Source: an uncultured Candidatus Peribacteria bacterium
GTDB lineage: Bacteria; Patescibacteriota; Gracilibacteria; BD1-5; UBA2023
DNA length: 35,700 nucleotides
NCBI GenBank assembly: GCA_964430065.1
Contig: CAYSEP010000002.1
Location: forward strand, 10,973-46,672
Reading direction: 5' to 3'
The notes beneath the pieces were generated by a model. That model made no database searches and had not been told where the DNA came from. It was given only the letters and a program-made list of their open reading frames with translations. The position numbers were made by a program, and so were the translations under genes. Of this stretch, positions 22,401-32,372 are shown in pieces; the stretch's first letter is position 1, and every line of letters begins with the position of its first letter.

Positions 22401-25395
22401 AAATAGCGAATGATCCTGTCTGTCCATATATACCCGCAAACGTATCTCCCGTTCAATCAATATCGTCACTCCATGATGCTCCGAGTTCCGTATATCCTGA
22501 CTGGTAGAGTATATTCATACTTGCTGCACCAGAGAGAGTCACTACTGGAGGAGTTGTATCAACAGGAGCTATATACTGTATTTCAACTCATGTTCCATAA
22601 TACTTATATAAAGGTATGTTTCCTCCAGTATATACTAATGAACCTATTGAAACGGTAAACTTATCTCATGCTGTCCATGATGGTTGAGGACTTATCTCCA
22701 TGAGGAGTTCATAATCCTTACTTCCTCATCCAGCTGCTAAGTATTGTGGTATTAACTCCATGTAAGCAAGCTCCCATCAAACTGTTGTATTTGTATTCTG
22801 GTCGATATTTATAGGAAGTGTGGTTCCGAGAGATCAACAAGGTGATAGTGATCATGATGCTCTCAAACACCCAGATCCGCTAAAAATAGCGCTTCAGGTA
22901 AATTCTATTTGCATGTATACATCAGATAGGGTAACTCATGACCACGTATCGTCGTTTTGTATATGTATAGTTGCTATTGGAGAATTCGTATCTAATTGCC
23001 CACTCGGAGTAATGCTTAGGGCCGGTGCTCAAGGAGCTAAAATAAATTGAAGAGATGGTCATTGAAGATCATCAGTTACTACTACAGAGGCACTTCAGTA
23101 GTATTTTATAGCATCTACCTGAGGTCCACTTGTCTTCAGGCTGATAGTTTCTCCATAATTCCCTGATCCGTAAGTGATATCAGCAAAGATCGTGTAATAC
23201 CGAGTTTCTCCTGGTAGTATTATATCATTCATTCCACTAAAAGTGAGGGTTTGTCCTGATATCGATACAACTGCTCATATTTCCACGCCAGAATAAAGTT
23301 CTTTTAGTTTGATTCATGTTCACACATTGATAATATTTTCCAGATTTACGGTTCATGAGTTTGCCAATTCAATCTTACGAATAATAAGAGGGTCAAGTCA
23401 TGTTGTCACAGCAAATTGGCCAATTAATGCTCCACTACTCATATCTTGGAAAATAGTTTCTTGCGTCGCTCACGAAAAAATAAGAGATAATGCACTGACT
23501 ATGTTTATTGTTCTTGTAGCAATATTGACATTACCGGCCATATCAACCTTTTTGTACTCCAGGGCATAGTTTCCCACGGCTCATGTATTGACGGTTCCAC
23601 TGACAGTAAATGATCATGCACTTCAGTAGCTTCATGTGAGAGTGTCTCATGTACCATCAGCATTGTCTGTCCATGATGCACCAGCATCTACGTAGGGGTA
23701 TCCATACTCGCCACTCACTGTAGATGAACCAGAAAGGGAAACTATAGGGGGCGTCGTGTCTGGAAGAACGCCATAGGTTGAAATCATAGTTGCACTTCCT
23801 ACTCATACATAGCTTTGAACTTGTGTATATGCTCAGACAGTGTACTCGAGATCTGTAAGAGAAGTTTGCACAACATCACCACCGATCCATAGGGGAGCGT
23901 TGTCTATATACACTTCATATTCTTCAAAACCACTATTTGGTGCAAGTATTGCTGTATTATTCAAAAGAGTTGAATTTACTATATCAAAAATGTAAGTCCC
24001 ACCATTTTCTGTAATTGTCTGACCAGTTGTCGTACCAATACCACCACAAGATGAACTAGAACCAAGATCTCGTAAACAAATACTACCAGTGAAAGTAAAT
24101 CCTCATGTCATAGATACTTGGAGTGTGACCCCTGAGACAGTGAGTCAGGTACTACTATCCACGTTTGATACTCGTATTTTTCCTATACGCGTACCGAGGG
24201 CAAGAGAGTTTGCAGTTAGATTCACTGAAGGGGGCACTATACTCACTGTATAAAGCTTCATATTCCCACTGAACATACTCTCATCTACCGCGAGAGGGCT
24301 ACTATCACCATCTTTCACGATACTTACCATTCCAGAGTTGGTAGTGAGTTGGAGGGTTTGACCGTAGTATGGGTCGAGTGTTGCTACATTTGGAAGAGTG
24401 ATCTTGAAGTTCGTCGTAGTATAGCTTGGTATGATGAAATTCACCCCAGAGAAGCTGATCGTCTGTCATGATATCGTTCCAGTTGTGAGCAATGTATTTC
24501 CCGATACTTCTCTGAGCTCTACTCCTGTAGATGATGCTGCGATGTCTGAAAGAGTGCTCGTTCCTATATTTGTGATATCAATATTTTCCAGGCGGATAGC
24601 ATCGATACCAGCACTGAGACCAAAGCGTCCTGTTTCCTGGTTTGTAATACTGGAAATCTTGTTATTCGATGGCGGAGCAACGGTTGCATTTCTCAGGTTT
24701 GCTGGACTTACGACATCGACTCGTCGAGTGGCTCATGACCCATTTCCTGCATTATCTACCTTCATATAGTCTATATAGTAGGCTCATACACTTCCTGTGT
24801 TTACGCTTCCAGAAATCGCGAACGACCCTGGTACTCCATAAATTCCTACAAATGTTTCTCCTGTTCCATCGGCATTATCTGTCCATGAAGCTCCTGGTTC
24901 TGTATAGATGCCACCAAGTGCGACTGACATGTTACCACCAGAGAGAGTTACTACTGGAGCCTCTGTATCTAGAGGGGGGAGTGTCGTGATCGTGAAAGAT
25001 CCTCATGAGACGATGTTGATAGGATCTCATGTGGACACGCTCACTCCGCTGAGGGTAACTATCGCCGTACCATCGACATAGTTTGAGCCGTCATCTTCCA
25101 TAACGGTATATATATAGGTAAATCCTGTCCCACTTCCGAGATCAGTCAGAGTATCATCCACTATATCTACCGTTCCGGGTTGGTCGATACTGATGGTTGC
25201 TCCTGGAGCAAGAGCTTCGTTGGTCTCTATACTGATTGTAAGGGATCATGTGCCAGCAGGATCACTTGAGTAGGTGATCGCCGCATCGGGCGTACCAGCA
25301 AACGCCACGTTAGCGAATGGAGAAAAAAGAGAAAACACGAACGCTGTGAGCGTCACGAGACTGATCCCTTTACGGAAAGAAGTAGAATTATACAT
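19489..25395 (-). CDS. Giant (1,968 aa) cell-surface protein: signal peptide, 11 DUF5011-like Ig repeats, two S-layer-like cassettes, poly-Gly linker, C-terminal SLH-like repeats
   Basis: I checked every line-aligned triplet from 25395 down to 19489 and found no TAA/TAG, only 42 in-frame TGA (hand count). The N-terminus is [33 protein letters not shown]. Repeats have the form [38 protein letters not shown]...[15 protein letters not shown]...RTVNVV. The C-terminus has [16 protein letters not shown] and [16 protein letters not shown] (SLH-like). Confidence 0.85.
20150..22560 (-). repeat. Tandem array of about 80-aa (about 240-nt) DUF5011-like Ig-domain coding repeats: 9 copies with one unrelated Ig-like insert near 20395-20610
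   Basis: Each unit starts with D-T-T-x-P-x-(I/V)-(T/S)-L and ends with R-T-V-(N/T/Q)-V. Two further dispersed copies lie at about 23500-23765 and about 24720-24985. Confidence 0.75.
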
Positions 25396-25502
25396 ATTTG
25401 TATGGGTTATTACCTCTTCAGACTAACATATACAAAAAAATATGGCAATTTTCTTACCATACTTTCCCCCTATTTCATATTGACAGAAGTATAAATATAT
25501 TT

Positions 25503-26417
25503 CTAATGTCCCATCCTCAATATATCCTCATGGATACTATTCGCTGCGAGACACCCTTCCGCTGCTGACATGATGGTCTGGCGAAATTTGTTGCTATTCG
25601 TCGTCACATCTCCTGCTGCATAGAGACCCTTCACACTTGTTTCCTGTCGTTTATCTACGATAAGACAACCTTCACTATCTTTCTCTGGATTCATACCATC
25701 CACGATTCGAGTGAATGGTGATGACCCTATGGCGACGAATACACCATCTATCTTGAGTGTATCGCCAGTATTGAGCTTCACGCCGGTAACTCCCATCATA
25801 CCTCCTTCGACAGATGCGACTTGAGTATTATAGTGGAAAGTGATATTATTTCGTAGATTTGCTTTCTCCACCCAAATATCCTCAGCTCGAGAGCGGTCTC
25901 CACGTATGAGGATATGGACATGAGCGCAGAGATCGGCGAGGTAGAGAGCTTCTGTAATAGCCGTATTTCCACCACCGACTACTGCCACAGTGAGTCACTT
26001 ATAGAAATTCCCATCACACGTCGCACAGTAGGATACTCACTGTCCATAGTATTCCATTTCGCCAGGAGTACCGAGTTTTTTGTACTCATTTCCTGTGGCG
26101 AGGATCACTCGTTTCGCCTCATAGGTATCTCATTTCTGTGTCTTGATCTCGAAATGATCTTCGCCAATCTTCGACACAACTTCGACACGATCTTGTATAA
26201 GTGTCGATCCAGCAGTTTCTGCATGTTTACGAAAACTCTCCATGATCTCTCCTCCCGGGGCAGAGAGGACACCTGGCCAATTCTCGACACAGTGAGAGGT
26301 CGCGAGAGCTCCACCAGGAAGCTCTCCGATGATGATATTGTCGATCTTGTAGCGAGAAGCGTACATGCCCGCAGGAAGTCCAGCTGAGCCAGCGCCGATG
26401 ATGATGAGGTCGTGCAT
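25503..26417 (-). CDS. trxB: Thioredoxin-disulfide reductase
   Basis: Track ORFs 25503..25988 and 26130..26444 are joined through 3 TGA. Motifs: DLIIIGAGSAG (FAD), VSYCATCDG (redox CxxC), VAVVGGGNTAITEALYL (NADPH), AAGDVT. I chose the start at 26417 (MHDLIIIG); ATG 26444 is an alternative. Confidence 0.88.
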
Positions 26418-26470
26418 AAAGTAGTTAATGAGATTAATTCTCATTATATATAAAAAAAGAATATTGCAAA

Positions 26471-27022
26471 TTAGACTGCTTGTTTTTCTACAATAGCTTG
26501 AGGGATATGAGCATTTCGATATGCCTGGATGACGTTATTGATCCGACGGCAGTTCTCGATAGGATCTGGAGCGTAGTTCACGATCATGTTCGATGTCTCA
26601 CTCGCTGTATGGATATGGACATCCCCGAATCCAAATATCGTCTGGAAAATCCCTGTTGTATGAGCATTGACCTCTTGTACTCGATCGAGTGAGCATTCCG
26701 TCACGCTTCGAGAAAGGGCTGAGATCTGGTCTATACCAATGATTCGAGAGTCTGTGATGATGAATATGTCGAGCTCATCATTGATCCAGTCGAGAAGGAT
26801 AAATGTGAGAAATATAATCCAGTAGAGCGCCATCCCTCACCAGTAGAGCGCACTTCCGATAATATCAATAATCCTATCCTGATAAGAGAGTAGTATCCAT
26901 GATGTCACGAACAGTGCAACGAAATATGAGAAATGGAACAATAGAATAATCCAATGACGGTGAAGCGTCATAATAATCTGTTCATTTTCTTTTAAGAGTG
27001 AGATATGTTCTTTTTTGACCAT
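26471..27022 (-). CDS. Membrane protein with a bacterial PH (bPH_2/YdbS-like) domain
   Basis: Track ORFs 26837..27022 and 26471..26833 are one frame joined by TGA at 26837-26839. It has two TM helices (HRHWIILLFHFSYFVALFV, ALYWIIFLTFILLDW) followed by ELDIFIITDSRIIGIDQ...GDVHIHTA. This is the typical bPH topology, assigned by eye only. Confidence 0.6.
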
Positions 27023-27561
27023 GTGATATGGGGGTCTTTAAGATAGATGGGAGCAAGTCTTTCTTCTCATGTTTTTTCCCGAAAGAGAGAAACGATATGG
27101 GGGAAGTCGTAGGTATATTCTATGAAGTTTTTCCCTTCTGTAAAATCATTTTTGTTCCCATATCCGACATAATCATCGTTCGCCAACTTCGACATGTCTG
27201 ACATGTCGAACATCTGTGTCGAAGATGGTCATATTTGCACTATATATTCGCGATCATTTGCCTTCAGTACTCACACTCATCTCTCGATCGTGTCGAAGAA
27301 GTGGCAAGACTTCAGTGTGATATCCCGTGTGAGCCTGAGGCTCGAGAGAGTCAATGTGACAATCCTCATACGAGTGAACGCTCCTGGTCAGACGATGCAC
27401 CATATTTCTTCTATAGCATATTTATCCAGAAGTCAGACGATGGTTTCTGGAAACTGACTAAAATCATCTCACTTTGGAAGTGAGACCTGTGTGACTATTT
27501 CAGAACCATTGAGGACGAATATTTCGATATTTTCAGATACAGGATTGATAAAGAGTTCCAT
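26992..27561 (-). CDS. tsaB: tRNA t6A37 biosynthesis protein TsaB (YeaZ)-like
   Basis: It is not in the ORF track because it carries 9 in-frame TGA. The frame is open from ATG 27561 (alternative 27597) to TAA 26992-26994. Translation is MELFINPVSENIEIFVLNG...EEIWCIV-G-PGAFTRMRIVTLTLSSL (the GPGSFTGLRIG-type motif) ...LAPIYLKDP. The 3' end overlaps the next gene by 31 nt. Confidence 0.62.
27188..27210. repeat. Perfect 23-bp palindrome inside tsaB
   Basis: TTCGACATGTC-T-GACATGTCGAA has 11-nt arms and a 1-nt centre. The arms contain the over-represented GTCGAA(G/C) word. Confidence 0.9.
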
Positions 27562-27607
27562 AGAAAAAGTATATGGAAAATCATTTTTTTGTCACATTTA
27601 TCTTGAG

Positions 27608-29119
27608 CTAGACGCCACGATAGGAGAGCGCTTCAAGGACATGGCGAACTTCGACATCTGGCGAACGATCGATATCGGCGATCGTACGAGCAACACGAAG
27701 TATCCTATAGTAGACACGAGTCGAGAGGTGGAGTCGCTCTGTCGAAGATATGGCGATCTTTCTTGCTTCTTCGGAGATTTTGGCGAAGGTGTCGATGTCG
27801 GTATTCGACATTTCTGCATTTCTGTGAAGTCTGGTTCCGTGGAATCTCCCTCTCTGGATCCCACGAGTTTCTTCTACGATTTCTGCGTAGTCTCGAGTCG
27901 TCTTTTCTCACTTCTTCCCTTCGAGTTCGCCCGGTTTCACCCGAGGAACCTGGATAAAAATATCGATACGATCGAGGATCGGACCTGAGAGGCGTCCACG
28001 ATACCGTTCGATCGCATGAGGACTACAGATGCAGGATTTCTCAGGATCTCCCATATAACCACAAGGACAGGGGTTCATAGCACCCACCAGAGAGAATCGA
28101 CTCGGATAACGACAACTCATATTCACACGGTTGATCGTGATCTCGCCGTCTTCGAGCGGCTGACGAAGGGTCTCGAGGATATGTTTGTCGAACTCGAGGA
28201 ACTCATCGAGAAAGAGCACTCACTTATGAGCGAGGGATATCTCTCCTGGTCGTGAATCTCGGCCCCCTCAGATAATCGATGCCTCGCTTGCCGTGTGGTG
28301 GATGATACGAAATGGGCGTTCTCGTACGATCGGCATATCCCGAGTCAGGAGCCCTGCGACGGAGTATATCTTCGAGAGCTCGATCTGCTCTTCGATATCC
28401 ATAGAGGGAAGTATACCAGCGAGAGCCTTCGCAAGCATCGTCTTTCCAGAACCAGGAGGACCCTGCATGAGGATATTGTGCCCGCCCGCTGCTGCGATGA
28501 GGAGAGCACGCTTCGCTTGTTCCTGACCATGGATCGAAGAGAAATCGACTATCATACGGGTTCGAGGAATACTTTCTATATCGAGTTTTTCTGCTGGTTT
28601 CATAAGCACCGTTCCCTCTAGGATATCGACGACTTCTGAGAGTCTCTCGACGGCGATGACATCGATCCCGGGAATGACGGATGCTTCTTCTCGGTTCGCT
28701 ATCGGGAGAAATACTCGCTTCATACCGATCTCTCGAGCGAGTATGGTAGCAGGGAGAGCTCACTGGACTCAGCGTATCACTCCGTCGAGTGCGAGTTCTC
28801 CGAGAAAAAGAGAACTTCCGAGTATCTCCTCGTCGAAGGCGATCTCTTTCGCGAGGATGCCGAGAGCGATCGGGAGATCGTAGATCGGTCACTTCTTACG
28901 AAGGTCTGCTGGTGCGAGATTCACGGTGATGCGTGCTCCGCCAGGGAAGCTATATCCAGAGTTCTTCACAGCAGCTCGGACACGCTCGCGAGACTCCTGT
29001 ACAGCAGTATCTCCGAGTCCGACGACCGTAAACTGTCCCATTCCTGTGATGACATCAACCTCGACTTCGACGAGCTGACCAGAGATCCCTGCGAGGGAGG
29101 TAGAAAAAAGTTTTTGCAT
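27608..29119 (-). CDS. comM: Mg-chelatase-like AAA+ protein ComM/YifB
   Basis: Four track fragments (27608.., 27908.., 28268.., 28889..) share one frame and are joined by TGA only (gaps checked). Motifs: [56 protein letters not shown] and NPCPCGY. ATG is at 29119 ([11 protein letters not shown]). Confidence 0.88.
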
Positions 29120-29339
29120 ACGAATATGGTACAAAAATTTCTAACAAATTTCTAAACTTTCGGACATATTTTTCGAAATTGTATTGCAACTTCTGTTCTT
29201 TCATGCAAAAATATATGAATTGTCTGGTAAAGTTCTTTTTTCCGCATTTCTCTCGTCTTGTAAAGTCAAAAGCAAGTACAATATTTGGTTTCATACCAGA
29301 TTTCTGATACTATGACGAGAGTTAGCCGTATTCTCTCTC

Positions 29340-32300
29340 ATGATTTTTCGTATTTTCGCATCTGTACTTCTCTTCCTCATTTCCGAGGAAACCTTTGCCA
29401 TACAAACACGAGTGGCGACGAATAGTGAGCAAGAGAAATGAGTATTTTCTGCACTCTGGGATACTATCCTCTATGTTACGGAAAACATCATCAATATCAT
29501 CATCTTTGTCCTCATCGCGTGGATGCTTCTGAAAGTTATCCGTCTTGCCTATGAGGTCCTCATGGCGGGGCGCCTGATCTATATGAAGGTGACGCTTCCC
29601 CGTGCCGACTCGAAGCTCGACAAAGAACGCGAAACCAAAAAAGACTTCAAGGAAAAGGTCGGTATCATGTCTGTCTTCTATAAGTCTGTCCATAATCTCA
29701 CTCAGTCGAGCGCGCTCGATACGATCATGAATGTGATATTTCGCCATGCGAAGATCTCTCTCGAGCTTATGTATCATGACGGACAAGTGCATTTCTACGC
29801 TGTCGGATACAAAGAGCACCTCTCGCTCGTCGTCCAGCAGATCACCTCGAACTATCCCGATGCGGAAGTGAAACTGATCGACCGAAAGGATTTTCCTGAG
29901 ATCAAACCACTTGGATTCACCCTTCAGGCGGCTTCTATCAGCAAAGACAATGACGATGTCTACCCGATAAAGACCTATAAATACTTCGAAGATGATCCAC
30001 TTTCGACTTTCACGAATAATTTCTGATCACTCAAGAAAACTGACGTCGCCTCGATCCAGCTCGTCGTGAAGCCACTCGGCCACTCATGGAACCGTAAAGC
30101 GAAAAAAGCAGCAGGTCTCGTCGCAAAAGGAGAATATAAAAAAGGAATCAAATCTGGACTTCTCGTCTCGATTTTTAAGGGTATCACCGCGCCGATAGCA
30201 TGGCTTTTCTTTCGTTTCCTAAAAAATGAGGAAACCGGAAGTAATGCTCCAGGAGCGACAGGAGGCGACTCATATAAGATATTTAACCAAGCTGAGACAG
30301 AAGCGCAAAAAATGGTCGGAGAGTCTGCGGGTCAGCCAGGATTCCGTGCGAGTATGCGTATCCTCGTCTCATCTGATACGAGTGCATCTGCCAGAAGCGC
30401 ACTCCAGAACCTGGTCGCTGCGACTTCGATATTCACGGATGAGTATAATAACCGACTCGGTAACCCTCAGATGATCGAAGATCCGCTGCGGTTTATCTTC
30501 ACTCCACTTCGCTACTTCGCGTACCGATTCCGACTTGTCTGAGTCATGCAGGGAATCAGTAATTTCTCTTGTGACGAACTCTCGACACTCTACCACTTTC
30601 CTGATATCAACTACAATAAGTCTCCCATTATCAGCTGGCTCGAATACAAAATGCTCTCACCTCCGTCGAATCTCCGATTTCCGAAAGAGCCACTTATCAT
30701 GAAGGACTATAAGCGTGATGCAAAAGGAAACATCTTCACCGAAGATGGATCACTCCTTCGGGTGGATAAAAATAAAAACCTCGAAAGAAGTGCCGACAAG
30801 GACCTCATCCTTCTCGATGGTACTATCGTCCCTGTAGCAAAAGAAGGGGAAAATATCGGAAAGCCACTCGATACCGGAAAGACTCCAATCCAGATCGACG
30901 AACAGCGCAAGCTCCAAGGATTTCCTCTCTATAAAGATGGAGTATTGATGGGATGGAACGAATACCGAAATAATAAAACTCCGATTTATTTCTCGAAAAA
31001 AGATCGTGGACGACATCACTATATCATAGGAAAGTCAGGATGAGGAAAGTCAGTATTTATCGGCTATCTTGCCCGTCAAGACCTCTGGAATGGTGAGGGT
31101 CTCTGTGTCATCGATCCGCATGGCGACCTCGTCGAAGATATCGTCGCCTTCACTCCGAAAGAGCGCGCGAAAGATATGATCATCTTCGATCCTGCCGACT
31201 ATGAGCGCCCAATGGGACTGAATATGCTCGATCTCATCGCGACGGATCCGAGTCTGCGTATGATCGAGAAAGATCGTGCGGCACTCGATGCAACCTCAAT
31301 CTTTATCAAGATGTATGGAGATGAGATATTTGGACCCCGTATCCAACACTACTTCCGAAATGGGTGTCTGACTCTCATGGATGACGAAGAAGAAGGGGGA
31401 ACACTTATCGATGTTCCACGACTTTTCGTCGATGAGGCCTTCATGAAGTATAAGACATCGAAGATCAAGAATGTGATGGTAAAAGCTTTCTGGGAACATG
31501 AATATGCTCAGACGGGAGATCGTGAGAAGCAGGAGATGATCCCATTTTTCTCAGCGAAATTCGGTCCATTTATTACCAATACGACGATGCGAAATATCAT
31601 CGGTCAGACGAAATCCGCCTTCAACATCCGACAGGTGATGGACGAACAAAAAGTCCTCATGGTGAATCTCTCGAAAGGAAAGATCGGAGATCTTAATGCA
31701 CAACTTCTGGGTCTCATCATGGTCTCGAAGATCAATATGGCGGCGATGAGTCGTGCAGACATGCGAGAAGAAGACCGAAGAGATTTCTATCTCTATGTCG
31801 ATGAGTTCCAGAATTTCGCTACTGACACGTTCGGAGAAATCCTCTCAGAAGCTCGTAAGTACCGACTGGCCCTTATCATGGCTCACCAGTTCATCGCACA
31901 GATCGGAGGATCAGGAGATAAGCAAGGGAAATGAGGGAAACCGTCGATCAAAGACGCTGTCTTCGGAAATGCGGGGACGATCATGTCGTTCAAGGTCGGT
32001 GCTGAAGATGCCGAGTATCTCGAAAAGGAATATGCACCATCCCTTTCTCAGCAAGATATCATCGGTATCGCGAACTTCACGACCTACTGTAAGCTCAATA
32101 TCGATAACGCGACGACTCGACCGTTTGACCTGAAAACCATCTGGGACAACACGTATAAAAACGCGGAAGTCAGCAAAATCATAAAAGAGTATTCTCGAAA
32201 AATGTATGGTCGCAAAAAAGAATATGTCGATATGGAGATCGAAGCCCGTATGGGAATCGTACGAGAAGAGGACAAAGAGCCTCCAGCTTGAGATACAACC

Positions 32301-32357
32301 ACTACTCCAACGATCACACCAGATACTCCTCCAGCTTCGACAGAATCTTCACAATAA
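29340..32357 (+). CDS. Type IV secretion coupling-protein-like ATPase (VirD4/TraG/TraD family) with an N-terminal extension of about 560 aa
   Basis: The frame runs from ATG 29340 to TAA 32355-32357 and joins 5 track ORFs through TGA only. The N-terminus has a signal-like segment plus a TM helix (IINIIIFVLIAWMLL). Walker A is HHYIIGKSG-TGA-GKS (TGA at 31041-31043), followed by CVIDPHGDL. Walker B is FYLYVDEFQNF, then LALIMAHQFIAQI. The tail is Thr/Pro-rich. Confidence 0.8.
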
Positions 32358-32372
32358 CTCATTCCTTCCACC

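Noticed and set aside
20150-22560. A regularly spaced repeat array that might be mistaken for a CRISPR or a satellite.
   Set aside because: The units are about 240 nt, contiguous without unique spacers, imperfect at the DNA level and conserved as a protein domain within one long ORF.
27194-27988. Plus-strand ORFs 27194..27457, 27235..27483 and 27491..27988.
   Set aside because: They are antisense to tsaB and comM, which have recognisable motifs once TGA is read as Gly.
29136-29160. Direct repeat aaatttctaa-c-aaatttctaa upstream of comM as an operator.
   Set aside because: It is only two short AT-rich copies in an AT-rich spacer, with no dyad symmetry. The evidence is insufficient.
29322-29819. 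Minus-strand 165-aa ORF at the start of the T4SS-like module.
   Set aside because: It is antisense to the N-terminus of the VirD4-like CDS, which forms a continuous 1,005-codon frame. No motif supports the antisense ORF.
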